Source: Eledone cirrhosa (lineage: Eukaryota). From it: a DNA stretch of 64,000 nucleotides. The stretch lies in assembly GCA_964016885.1 (NCBI GenBank), contig OZ024740.1, positions 5,146,001 through 5,210,000 on the forward strand, read 5' to 3'. The notes under the pieces were generated by a model. It was given only the letters and a program-made list of their open reading frames with translations, ran no database searches and was not told the DNA's origin. Positions 27,701 through 41,700 of the stretch are shown piece by piece. The first letter of the stretch is position 1; each line of letters begins with the position of its first letter. The position numbers and the translations under genes are program-made.

Positions 27701-28810
27701 CACCTCGCATTAACTCCTTAATTCACACCAGTCAACACCTCGCATTAACTCCTTAATTCACACCAGTCAACACCTCGCAATAACTCCTTAATTCACACCA
27801 GTCAACACCTCGCAATAACTCCTTAATTCACACCAGTCAACACCTCGCAATAACTCCTTAATTCACACCAGTCAACACCTCGCCATAACTCCTTAATTCA
27901 CACCAGTCAACCCCTCGCCATAACTCCTTAATTCACACCAGTCAACCCCTCGCCATAACTCCTTAATTCACACCAGTCAACACCTCGCAATAACTCCTTA
28001 ATTCACACCAGTCAACACCTCGCATTAACTCCTTAATTCACACCAGTCAACACCTCGTCATAACTCCTTAATTCACACCAGTCAACAGCTTGCAATAACA
28101 CCTTAATTCACACCAGTCAACACCTCGCATTAACTCCTTAATTCACACCAGTCAACACCTCGCATTAACACCTTAATTCACACCAGTCAACACCTCGCAT
28201 TAACTCCTTAAACACACCAGTCAACACCTCGCAATAACTCCTTAATTCACACCAGTCAACACCTCGCAATAACACCTTAATTCACACCAGTCAACACCTC
28301 GCATTAACTCCTTAATTCACACCAGTCAACACCTCGCAATAACTCCTTAATTCACACCAGTCAACACCTCGCATTCACTCCTTAATTCACACCAGTCAAC
28401 CCCTCGCCATAACTCCTTAATTCACACCAGTCAACACCTCGCATTAACTCCTTAATTCACACCAGTCAACACCTCGCATTAACTCCTTAATTCACACCAG
28501 TCAACCCCTCGCCATAACTCCTTAATTCACACCAGTCAACACCTCGCAATAACTCCTTAATTCACACCAGTCAACACCTCGCAGTCACTCCTTAATCCAC
28601 ACAAGTCAACACCTAGCATTAACTCCTTAATTCACACCAGTCAACCCCTCGCAGTCACTCCTTAATCCACACAAGTCAACACCTAGCATTAACTCGTTAA
28701 TCCACACAAGTCAACACCTAGCATTAACTCGTTAATCCACACAAGTCAACACCTAGCATTAACTCGTTAATCCACACAAGTCAACACCTAGCATTAACTC
28801 GTTAATCCAC
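12723..28810. repeat. 35-bp tandem satellite, ~460 copies, with higher-order duplications
   Basis: Unit ctccttaattcacaccagtcaac(a/c)cctcgc(aata/atta/agtc/attc/cata)a. Two units span 70 bp. Units degenerate at the right edge. Confidence 0.98.
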
Positions 28811-28913
28811 AGTTCTATAACAATCTTGAAATAACATCAAATCTCACCCCACCCCACCCCCACCTTACACATCCTAAGGCTACAATTAAGTCTAAGTCTA
28901 AAGTCTGTTTTAA

Positions 28914-31221
28914 CCCTTTAGCATTTAAACCGGTCGTATCCTGCCAGAATTCTCTCACCTCTTTCTGTTCAAACTGGACATAACTGGCCACTCATACTTA
29001 TGTTACGTTATTGTTCTCAAAATAAATAAAATCAAAATCTCATAGATTGCATATTATGTGAGATAAAGCCTTTACCATGGATATACAATAGTATATATAG
29101 AGTAATGTAAATGTTATGTGAGATAAAGCCTTTACCATGGATATACAATAGTATATATAGAGTAATGTAAATGTTATGTGAGATAAAGCCTTTACCATGG
29201 ATATACAATAGTATATATAGAGTAATGTAAATGTTATGTGAGATAAAGCCTTTACCATGGATATACAATAGTATATATAGAGTAATGTAAATGTTATGTG
29301 AGATAAAGCCTTTACCATGGATATACAATAGTATGTATAGAGTAATGTAAATGTTATGTGAGATAAAGCCTTTACCATGGATATACAATAGTATGTATAG
29401 AATAATGTAAATGTTATGTGAGATAAAGCCTTTACCATGGATATACAATAGTATATATAGAGTAATGTAAATGTTATCTGAGATAAAGCCTTTACCATGG
29501 ATATACAATAGTATGTATAGAGTAATGTAAATGTTATGTGAGATAAAGCCTTTACCATGGATATACAATAGTATATATAGAGTAATGTAAATGTTATGTG
29601 AGATAAAGCCTTTACCATGGATATACAATAGTATGTATAGAGTAATGTAAATGTTATGTGAGATAAAGCCTTTACCATGGATATACAATAGTATATATAG
29701 AGTAATGTAAATGTTATGTGAGATAAAGCCTTTACCATGGATATACAATAGTATGTATAGAGTAATGTAAATGTTATGTGAGATAAAGCCTTTACCATGG
29801 ATATACAATAGTTTATATAGAGTAATGTAAATGTTATGTGAGATAAAGCCTTTACCATGGATATACAATAGTATATATAGAATAATGTAAATGTTATTTG
29901 AGATAAAGCCTTTACCATGGATATACAATAGTATGTATAGAGTAATGTAAATGTTATGTGAGATAAAGCCTTTACCATGGATATACAATAGTATATATAG
30001 AGTAATGTAAATGTTATGTGAGATAAAGCCTTTACCATGGATATACAATAGTATATATAGAGTAATGTAAATGTTATGTGAGATAAAGCCTTTACCATGG
30101 ATATACAATAGTATATATAGAGTAATGTAAATGTTATGTGAGATAAAGCCTTTACCAGGGATATACAATAGTATATATAGAATAATGTAAATGTTATTTG
30201 AGATAAAGCCTTTACCATGGATATACAATAGTATATATAGAATAATGTAAATGTTATGTGAGATAAAGCCTTTACCATGGATATACAATAGTATATATAG
30301 AGTAATGTAAATGTTATGTGAGATAAAGCCTTTACCATGGATATACAATAGTATATATAGAGTAATGTAAATGTTATGTGAGATAAAGCCTTTACCATGG
30401 ATATACAATAGTATATATAGAGTAATGTAAATGTTATGTGAGATAAAGCCTTTACCATGGATATACAATAGTATATATAGAGTAATGTAAATGTTATGTG
30501 AGATAAAGCCTTTACCATGGATATACAATAGTATATATAGAGTAATGTAAATGTTATGTGAGATAAAGCCTTTACCATGGATATACAATAGTATATATAG
30601 AGTAATGTAAATGTTATGTGAGATAAAGCCTTTACCATGGATATACAATAGTATATATAGAGTAATGTAAATGTTATGTGAGATAAAGCCTTTACCATGG
30701 ATATACAATAGTATATATAGAGTAATGTAAATGTTATGTGAGATAAAGCCTTTACCATGGATATACAATAGTATATATAGAGTAATGTAAATGTTATGTG
30801 AGATAAAGCCTTTACCATGGATATACAATAGTATGTATAGAGTAATGTAAATGTTATGTGAGATAAAGCCTTTACCATGGATATACAATAGTATATATAG
30901 AGTAATGTAAATGTTATGTGAGATAAAGCCTTTACCATGGATATACAATAGTATATATAGAGTAATGTAAATGTTATGTGAGATAAAGCCTTTACAATGG
31001 ATATACAATAGTATATATAGAGTAATGTAAATGTTATGTGAGATAAAGCCTTTACCATGGATATACAATAGTATATATAGAATAATGTAAATGTTATTTG
31101 AGATAAAGCCTTTACCATGGATATACAATAGTATATATAGAGTAATGTAAATGTTATGTGAGATAAAGCCTTTACAATGGATATACAATAGTATATATAG
31201 AGTAATGTAAATGCTAAAGGG
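28914..31221. mobile_element. piggyBac-type non-autonomous element (TTAA TSD, 14-bp TIR) containing the 60-bp array
   Basis: TTAA(28910-13)-ccctttagcattta ... taaatgctaaaggg-TTAA(31222-25). The TIRs are perfectly complementary with CCC/GGG ends. Confidence 0.8.
29053..31213. repeat. 60-bp tandem array, ~36 near-identical copies
   Basis: Unit ttatgtgagataaagcctttaccatggatatacaatagtatatatagagtaatgtaaatg, in register with the 60-base lines. Confidence 0.98.
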
Positions 31222-31227
31222 TTAAGC

Positions 31228-31490
31228 CAGGGGGCTTGTCAGGCTGGTGCTTATCCTGGTTTCATGGCATGAAGTGACTGAGAGGACAAGACTCCCCCTG
31301 GACAGGATGCCAGTCCATCACAGGGTTAAACTCCAGCTATTGTTGGTATTTATTTTCAGCTGAATATACTGGAGCAACGTGAAATGAAGTGTTTTGCTCA
31401 TGAATACAACAAATAACCCAACCTAGAAATTGAATCCATAACCTTATGATCCCAAATCCAACACCGTTACCACTAGGCCACACACCTCCA
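31228..31490 (-). mobile_element. tRNA-derived SINE (diverged; CORE-like middle, different tail)
   Basis: Minus strand reads tggaggtgtgtggcctagtggt (A box) ... ggattcaattt (B box) ... catgagcaaaacacttcatttcacgttgctccag ... ggactggcatcctgtccaggggg. Confidence 0.7.
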
Positions 31491-31707
31491 ACAATTAAAG
31501 CACTTCAGTAAAAATAAATTTTATTCTATCCTTTCTTAATATTTGTTCAATCAGATGATTCACTTTTTCAATAAAAATATTTTCATCATTAATTATTCTA
31601 CGATACTTTATTATATTAAAAACACTATGTCCTCATTTTCTAGAGTACAACTTGTATTAAAGCTACTCTAACATTACAATCAGCCATTTTATTACAAATC
31701 TTAGTCA

Positions 31708-31892
31708 TTGTGGATTGGTAGTATCGGTAGGAGTCGGACACCATGCTTTGCAGCATAGTTACGTCCCTTTATGATCTGAATTCAAATCCCGCCGAGGTTC
31801 ACTTTGCCTTTCATCCTTACGGGGTCGATAAAATAAAGTACCAGTAATGTACTGGGAAATTGCTGGCCTTGTGCCTAAAATAGAAACAATTA
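31708..31892 (+). mobile_element. SINE family 2 copy
   Basis: Co-linear with 11640-11822. Confidence 0.8.
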
Positions 31893-31941
31893 TCATTCTA
31901 TTCATATTTTCTATCATAACATCAAAATAATGCCCCATTCC

Positions 31942-32010
31942 TACGAAGGTTGGCTGAAAAGTTCATAGGCTTACTATGGAGGAGTGATGTTAGTGCTGTG
32001 AAATCAACTG
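31942..32010 (+). mobile_element. Possible mariner-type terminus fragment
   Basis: ta-cgaaggttggctgaaaagttc resembles mariner TIR starts. No matching second end was seen. Confidence 0.35.
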
Positions 32011-32118
32011 GGTACAGGATTCCTCACAAGATTTCAACTAAGTGTATGAGATCAGTTGTTAATTATATGGTTGTAGTTTAACACTGAGGGGGGGGGGGGT
32101 TATTGCTGGGAGTGTAAG

Positions 32119-35100
32119 GGTCAGTGATGTGACAGGAAGTAGGACCAGATGGTCAGTGATGTGACAGGAAGTATGACCAGATGGTCAGTGATGTGACAGG
32201 AAGTATGACCAGCATGGTCAGTGATGTGACAGGAAGTATGACCAGATGGTCAGTGATGTGACAGGAAGTATGACCAGATGGTCAGTGATGTGACAGGAAG
32301 AATGACCAGATGGTCAGTGATGTGACAGGAAGTATGACCAGCATGGTCAGTGATGTGACAGGAAGTATGACCAGATGGTCAGTGATGTGACAGGAAGTAT
32401 GACCAGATGGTCAGTGATGTGACAGGAAGAATGACCAGATGGTCAGTGATGTGACAGGAAGTAGGACCAGATGGTCAGTGATGTGACAAGAAGTAGGACC
32501 AGCATGGTCAGTGATGTGACAGGAAGTAGGAGCAGATGGTCAGTGATGTGACAAGAAGTAGGACCAGATGGTCAGTGATGTGACAGGAAGTAGGACCAGA
32601 TGGTCAGTGATGTGACAGGAAGTATGACCAGATGGTCAGTGATGTGACAGGAAGTAGGACCAGATGGTCAGTGATGTGACAGGAAGTATGACCAGATGGT
32701 CAGTGATGTGACAGGAAGTAGGACCAGCATGGCCAGTGATGTGACAGGAAGTAGGACCAGCATGGTCAGTGATGTGACAGGAAGTAGGACCAGCATGGTC
32801 AGTGATGTGACAGGAAGTAGGACCAGATGGTCAGTGATGTGACAGGAAGTAGGACCAGCATGGTCAGTGATGTGACAGCAAGTAGGACCAGATGGTCAGT
32901 GATGTGACAGGAAGTATGACCAGCATGGTCAGTGATGTGACAGGAAGTAGGACCAGATGGTCAGTGATGTGACAGGAAGTATGACCAGATGGTCAGTGAT
33001 GTGACAGGAAGTAGGACCAGCATGGTCAGTGATGTGACAGGAAGTAGGACCAGCATGGTCAGTGATGTGACAGGAAGTATGACCAGCATGGTCAGTGATG
33101 TGACAGGAAGTATGACCAGATGGTCAGTGATGTGACAGGAAGTATGACCAGATGGTCAGTGATGTGACAGGAAGTATGACCAGATGGTCAGTGATGTGAC
33201 AGGAAGTAGGACCAGCATGGTCAGTGATGTGACAGGAAGTAGGACCAGCATGGTCAGTGATGTGACAGGAAGTAGGACCAGCATGGTCAGTGATGTGACA
33301 GGAAGTAGGACCAGCATGGTCAGTGATGTGACAGGAAGTAGGACCAGATGGTCAGTGATGTGACAGGAAGTAGGACCAGATGGTCAGTGATGTGACAGGA
33401 AGTATGACCAGATGGTCAGTGATGTGACAGGAAGTAGGACCAGATGGTCAGTGATGTGACAGGAAGTAGGACCAGCATGGTCAGTGATGTGACAGGAAGT
33501 AGGACCAGATGGTCAGTGATGTGACAGGAAGTATGACCAGATGGTCAGTGATGTGACAGGAAGTAGGACCAGATGGTCAGTGATGTGACAGGAAGTAGGA
33601 CCAGCATGGTCAGTGATGTGACAGGAAGTAGGACCAGATGGTCAGTGATGTGACAGGAAGTATGACCAGCATGGCCAGTGATGTGACAGGAAGTAGGACC
33701 AGCATGGTCAGTGATGTGACAGGAAGTAGGACCAGATGGTCAGTGATGTGACAGGAAGTAGGACCAGCATGGTCAGTGATGTGACAGGAAGTATGACCAG
33801 ATGGTCAGTGATGTGACAGGAAGTATGACCAGCATCGCCAGTGATGTGACAGGAAGTAGGACCAGCATGGTCAGTGATGTGACAGGAAGTATGACCAGAT
33901 GGTCAGTGATGTGACAGGAAGTATGACCAGATGGTCAGTGATGTGACAGGAAGTATGACCAGATGGTCAGTGATGTGACAGGAAGTATGACCAGCATGGC
34001 CAGTGATGTGACAGGAAGTAGGACCAGCATGGTCAGTGATGTGACAGGAAGTAGGACCAGATGGTCAGTGATGTGACAGAAAGTAGGACCAGCATGGTCA
34101 GTGATGTGACAGGAAGTATGACCAGATGGTCAGTGATGTGACAGGAAGTAGGACCAGCATGGTCAGTGATGTGACAGGAAGTATGACCAGATGGTCAGTG
34201 ATGTGACAGGAAGTATGACCAGATGGTCAGTGATGTGACAGGAAGTAGGACCAGATGGTCAGTGATGTGACAGGAAGTAGGACCAGATGGTCAGTGATGT
34301 GACAGGAAGTATGACCAGATGGTCAGTGATGTGACAGGAAGTATGACCAGATGGTCAGTGATGTGACAGGAAGTAGGACCAGCATGGTCAGTGATGTGAC
34401 AGGAAGTATGACCAGATGGTCAGTGATGTGACAGGAAGTAGGACCAGCATGGTCAGTGATGTGACAGGAAGTAGGACCAGCATGGTCAGTGATGTGACAG
34501 GAAGTATGACCAGATGGTCAGTGATGTGACAGGAAGTATGACCAGATGGTCAGTGATGTGACAGGAAGTAGGACCAGATGGTCAGTGATGTGACAGGAAG
34601 TAGGACCAGATGGTCAGTGATGTGACAGGAAGTAGGACCAGCATGGTCAGTGATGTGACAGGAAGTATGACCAGATGGTCAGTGATGTGACAGGAAGTAG
34701 GACCAGATGGTCAGTGATGTGACAGGAAGTAGGACCAGCATGGTCAGTGATGTGACAGGAAGTAGGACCAGATGGTCAGTGATGTGACAGGAAGTATGAC
34801 CAGCATGGTCAGTGATGTGACAGGAAGTAGGACCAGATGGTCAGTGATGTGACAGGAAGTAGGAGCAGATGGTCAGTGATGTGACAAGAAGTAGGACCAG
34901 CATGGTCAGTGATGTGACAGGAAGTAGGACCAGATGGTCAGTGATGTGACAGGAAGTAGGACCAGCATGGTCAGTGATGTGACAGGAAGTATGACCAGAT
35001 GGTCAGTGATGTGACAGGAAGTATGACCAGCATGGTCAGTGATGTGACAGGAAGTAGGACCAGATGGTCAGTGATGTGACAGGAAGTAGGAGCAGATGGT

Positions 35101-38018
35101 CAGTGATGTGACAAGAAGTAGGACCAGCATGGTCAGTGATGTGACAGGAAGTAGGACCAGATGGTCAGTGATGTGACAGGAAGTATGACCAGATGGTCAG
35201 TGATGTGACAGGAAGTAGGACCAGATGGTCAGTGATGTGACAGGAAGTATGACCAGATGGTCAGTGATGTGACAGGAAGTAGGACCAGCATGGCCAGTGA
35301 TGTGACAGGAAGTAGGACCAGCATGGTCAGTGATGTGACAGGAAGTAGGACCAGCATGGTCAGTGATGTGACAGGAAGTAGGACCAGATGGTCAGTGATG
35401 TGACAGGAAGTAGGACCAGCATGGTCAGTGATGTGACAGCAAGTAGGACCAGATGGTCAGTGATGTGACAGGAAGTATGACCAGATGGTCAGTGATGTGA
35501 CAGGAAGTATGACCAGATGGTCAGTGATGTGACAGGAAGTATGACCAGATGGTCAGTGATGTGACAGGAAGTATGACCAGATGGTCAGTGATGTGACAGG
35601 AAGTATGACCAGATGGTCAGTGATGTGACAGGAAGTATGACCAGCATGGTCAGTGATGTGACAGGAAGTAGGACCAGCATGGTCAGTGATGTGACAGGAA
35701 GTATGACCAGCATGGTCAGTGATGTGACAGGAAGTATGACCAGATGGTCAGTGATGTGACAGGAAGTATGACCAGATGGTCAGTGATGTGACAGGAAGTA
35801 TGACCAGATGGTCAGTGATGTGACAGGAAGTATGACCAGATGGTCAGTGATGTGACAGGAAGTAGGACCAGATGGTCAGTGATGTGACAGGAAGTATGAC
35901 CAGATGGTCAGTGATGTGACAGGAAGTAGGACCAGATGGTCAGTGATGTGACAGGAAGTAGGACCAGATGGTCAGTGATGTGACAGGAAGTATGACCAGA
36001 TGGTCAGTGATGTGACAGGAAGTAGGACCAGATGGTCAGTGATGTGACAGGAAGTAGGACCAGCATGGTCAGTGATGTGACAGGAAGTAGGACCAGATGG
36101 TCAGTGATGTGACAGGAAGTATGACCAGCATGGCCAGTGATGTGACAGGAAGTAGGACCAGCATGGTCAGTGATGTGACAGGAAGTAGGACCAGATGGTC
36201 AGTGATGTGACAGGAAGTAGGACCAGCATGGTCAGTGATGTGACAGGAAGTATGACCAGATGGTCAGTGATGCGACAGGAAGTATGACCAGCATCGCCAG
36301 TGATGTGACAGGAAGTAGGACCAGCATGGTCAGTGATGTGACAGGAAGTATGACCAGATGGTCAGTGATGTGACAGGAAGTATGACCAGATGGTCAGTGA
36401 TGTGACAGGAAGTATGACCAGATGGTCAGTGATGTGACAGGAAGTATGACCAGCATGGCCAGTGATGTGACAGGAAGTAGGACCAGCATGGTCAGTGATG
36501 TGACAGGAAGTAGGACCAGATGGTCAGTGATGTGACAGAAAGTAGGACCAGCATGGTCAGTGATGTGACAGGAAGTATGACCAGATGGTCAGTGATGTGA
36601 CAGGAAGTAGGACCAGCATGGTCAGTGATGTGACAGGAAGTATGACCAGATGGTCAGTGATGTGACAGGAAGTATGACCAGATGGTCAGTGATGTGACAG
36701 GAAGTAGGACCAGATGGTCAGTGATGTGACAGGAAGTAGGACCAGATGGTCAGTGATGTGACAGGAAGTATGACCAGATGGTCAGTGATGTGACAGGAAG
36801 TATGACCAGATGGTCAGTGATGTGACAGGAAGTAGGACCAGCATGGTCAGTGATGTGACAGGAAGTATGACCAGATGGTCAGTGATGTGACAGGAAGTAG
36901 GACCAGCATGGTCAGTGATGTGACAGGAAGTAGGACCAGCATGGTCAGTGATGTGACAGGAAGTATGACCAGATGGTCAGTGATGTGACAGGAAGTATGA
37001 CCAGATGGTCAGTGATGTGACAGGAAGTAGGACCAGATGGTCAGTGATGTGACAGGAAGTAGGACCAGCATGGTCAGTGATGTGACAGGAAGTATGACCA
37101 GATGGTCAGTGATGTGACAGGAAGTAGGACCAGCATGGTCAGTGATGTGACAGGAAGTATGACCAGATGGTCAGTGATGTGACAGGAAGTAGGACCAGAT
37201 GGTCAGTGATGTGACAGGAAGTATGACCAGCATGGTCAGTGATGTGACAGGAAGTAGGACCAGCGTGGTCAGTGATGTGACAGGAAGTATGACCAGATGG
37301 TCAGTGATGTGACAGGAAGTATGACCAGCATGGTCAGTGACGTGACAGGAAGTATGACCAGATGGTCAGTGATGTGACAGGAAGTATGACCAGCATGGTC
37401 AGTGATGTGACAGGAAGTATGACCAGATGGTCAGTGATGTGACAGGAAGTAGGACCAGCATGGTCAGTGATGTGACAGGAAGTATGACCAGCATGGTCAG
37501 TGATGTGACAGGAAGTATGACCAGATGGTCAGTGATGTGACAGGAAGTATGACCAGATGGTCAGTGATGTGACAGGAAGTAGGACCAGATGGTCAGTGAT
37601 GTGACAGGAAGTAGGACCAGATGGTCAGTGATGTGACGGGAAGTAGGACCAGCATGGTCAGTGATGTGACAAGAAGTATGACCAGATGGTCAGTGATGTG
37701 ACAGGAAGTAGGACCAGATGGTCAGTGATGTGACAGGAAGTAGGACCAGATGGTCAGTGATGTGACGGGAAGTAGGACCAGCATGGTCAGTGATGTGACA
37801 GGAAGTAGGACCAGATGGTCAGTGATGTGACGGGAAGTAGGACCAGCATGGTCAGTGATGTGACAAGAAGTATGACCAGATGGTCTGTGATGTGACAGGA
37901 AGTATGACCAGCATGGTCAGTGATGTGACAGGAAGTAGGACCAGCATGGTCAGTGATGTGACAGGAAGTGTGACCAGATGGTCAATGATGTGACAGGAAG
38001 TAGGACCAGCATGGTCAG
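32119..38018. repeat. 32/33-bp tandem satellite, ~180 copies
   Basis: Unit ggtcagtgatgtgacaggaagta(t/g)gaccag(c)at, with two main binary variable sites. Confidence 0.98.
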
Positions 38019-38785
38019 TCTCCTACTTCCAGACTGTCATCATCAGAGGACACGACCTTGGGATTTATGTTGATACCAACCATATTTGTGACAACATAAA
38101 CCTCAATTCCTGACTCAGCAAATATGATGACTACTAGAACTGTGACAGAGAGTGAAAGGAATCTGTGTTTAGTGTGATCTATTGATTGACCTATTGATAG
38201 GTTCTGTTGAGAGGTTAGACATGTAAGACAGTCATCGATATACTCCATTTGGACAAGATCAATGAGGGAGACTGCAAGGGAGGTAAGCTCCCCCATCACA
38301 ACAACCACAATATTAAGCAGACATTTAAATGTATATTTACGATGTTTATGACATCTGTATTGAGTTTCTTATCAGTTTGGTATTCAAATATCATCAGGTG
38401 TATACATACACACACACATACATACACACACACAAATATATATATATATATATACACACACACATATATATACACACAGACACACGCACACATACTTACA
38501 CAGACACATACATACACACACATACACACACACACATATATATACACACACATATATACACACACACACATACTCACACACACATAGATATATATATACA
38601 CACACACGCACACAGCTTGGTATTCAAATATCATTAGGCATCTATATCCCCCCTCCCCTCCCCATTGATATTGAAATATCATCAGGTGTCTTGTTATCTC
38701 TGAAACTTTGACAATATCAAACTAAACAATTAATAAAGAAATCACTTTTCACCTCTGCTGTTCCATTTGTAACTACATTAATACA

Positions 38786-41700
38786 GACACACACACTGAT
38801 ACACACACACACACGGACACACTGGCACACACACACTGACACACACACACACGGACACACTGGCACACACACACTGATACACACACACATGGACACACTG
38901 GCACACACACACTGATACACACACACATGGACACACTGGCACACACACACTGATACACACACACACGGACACACTGGCACACACACACTGATACACACAC
39001 ACACGGACACACTGGCACACACACACACTGACACACATACACGGACACACTGGCACACACACACTGATACACACACACATGGACACACTGGCACACACAC
39101 ACACTGACACACATACACGGACACACTGGCGCACACACACTGATACACACACACACGGACACACTGGCACACACACACACTGACACACACACACACGGAC
39201 ACACTGGCACACACACACACTGACACACTGGCGCACACACACTGATACACACACACACGGACACACTGGCACACACACACACTGACACACACACACACGG
39301 ACACACTGGCACACACACACACTGACACACATACACGGACACACTGGCACACACACACTGACACACACACACTGACACACTGGCACACACACACATGGAC
39401 ACACTGGCACACACACACTGATACACACACACACTGATACACACACACACGGACACACTGGCACACACACACACTGATACACACACTGGCACACACACAC
39501 TGATACACACACACATGGACACACTGGCACACACACACTGACACACACACACTGACACACTGGCACACACACACATGGACACACTGGCACACACACACTG
39601 ATACACACACACACGGACACACTGGCACACACACACTGATACACACACACATGGACACACTGGCACACACACACACTGACACACATACACGGACACACTG
39701 GCACACACACACTGATACACACACACATGGACACACTGGCACACACACACACTGACACACATACACACGGACACACTGGCACACACACACACTGACACAC
39801 ATACACGGACACACTGGCACACACACACACTGACACACATACACGGACACACTGGCACACACACACTGATACACACACACATGGACACACTGGCACACAC
39901 ACACTGACACACACACACTGACACACTGGCACACACACACATGGACACACTGGCACACACACACTGATACACACACACACGGACACACTGGCACACACAC
40001 ACACTGACACACATACACGGACACACTGGCACACACACACTGATACACACACACATGGACACACTGGCACACACACACTGACACACACACACTGACACAC
40101 TGGCACACACACACATGGACACACTGGCACACACACACTGATACACACACACACGGACACACTGGCACACACACACTGATACACACACACATGGACACAC
40201 TGGCACACACACACACTGATACACACACACACTGACACACTGGCACACACACACTGATACACACACACACGGACACACTGGCACACACACACTGATACAC
40301 ACACACACGGACACACTGGCACACACACACTGATACACACACACACGGACACACTGGCACACACACACTGATACACACACACACTGACACACTGGCACAC
40401 ACACACTGATACACACACACATGGAAACACTGGCACACACACACTGATACACACACACATGGACACACTTGCACACACACACTGATACACACACACACTG
40501 ACACACTGGCACACACACACTGATACACACACACACGGACACACTGGCACACACACACTGATACACACACACACGGACACACTGGCACACACACACTGAT
40601 ACACACATACACGGACACACTGGCACACACACACTGATACACACACACATGGACACACTTGCACACACACACTGATACACACACACACTGACACACTGGC
40701 ACACACACACTGATACACACACACACGGACACACTGGCACACACACACTGATACACACACACACGGACACACTGGCACACACACACTGATACACACACAC
40801 ACGGACACACTGGCACACACACACTGATACACACACACACGGACACACTGGCACACACACACACTGACACACATACACGGACACACTGGCACACACACAC
40901 TGATACACACACACATGGACACACTGGCACACACACACTGACACACACACACTGACACACTGGCACACACACACATGGACACACTGGCACACACACACTG
41001 ATACACACACACACGGACACACTGGCACACACACACTGATACACACACACACGGACACACTGGCACACACACACTGATACACACACACACGGACACACTG
41101 GCACACACACACACTGACACACATACACGGACACACTGGCACACACACACTGATACACACACACACGGACACACTGGCACACACACACTGATACACACAC
41201 ACACGGACACACTGGCACACACACACTGATACACACACACACGGACACACTGGCACACACACACTGATACACACACACATCGACACACTGGCACACACAC
41301 ACACTGACACACATACACGGACACACTGGCACACACACACTGATACACACACACACGGACACACTGGCACACACACACTGATACACACACACACGGACAC
41401 ACTGGCACACACACACTGATACACACACACACGGACACACTGGCACACACACACTGATACACACACACATCGACACACTGGCACACACACACACTGACAC
41501 ACATACACGGACACACTGGCACACACACACTGATACACACACACACGGACACACTGGCACACACACACACTGACACACTTACACGGACACACTGGCACAC
41601 ACACACACTGATACACACACACACGGACACACTGGCACACACACACTGATACACACACACACGGACACACTGGCACACACACACACTGACACACACACAC

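Noticed and set aside
12723-28810. CRISPR-like array (35-bp repeats with variable positions)
   Set aside because: The units are directly adjacent with no unique spacers, there are no cas genes, and the context is eukaryotic. It is a satellite.
29032-31188. 718-aa and 692-aa ORFs of 20-aa repeats
   Set aside because: A 60-bp unit lacking stops in two minus frames gives such ORFs automatically. They lie inside a MITE and have no unique coding flanks.
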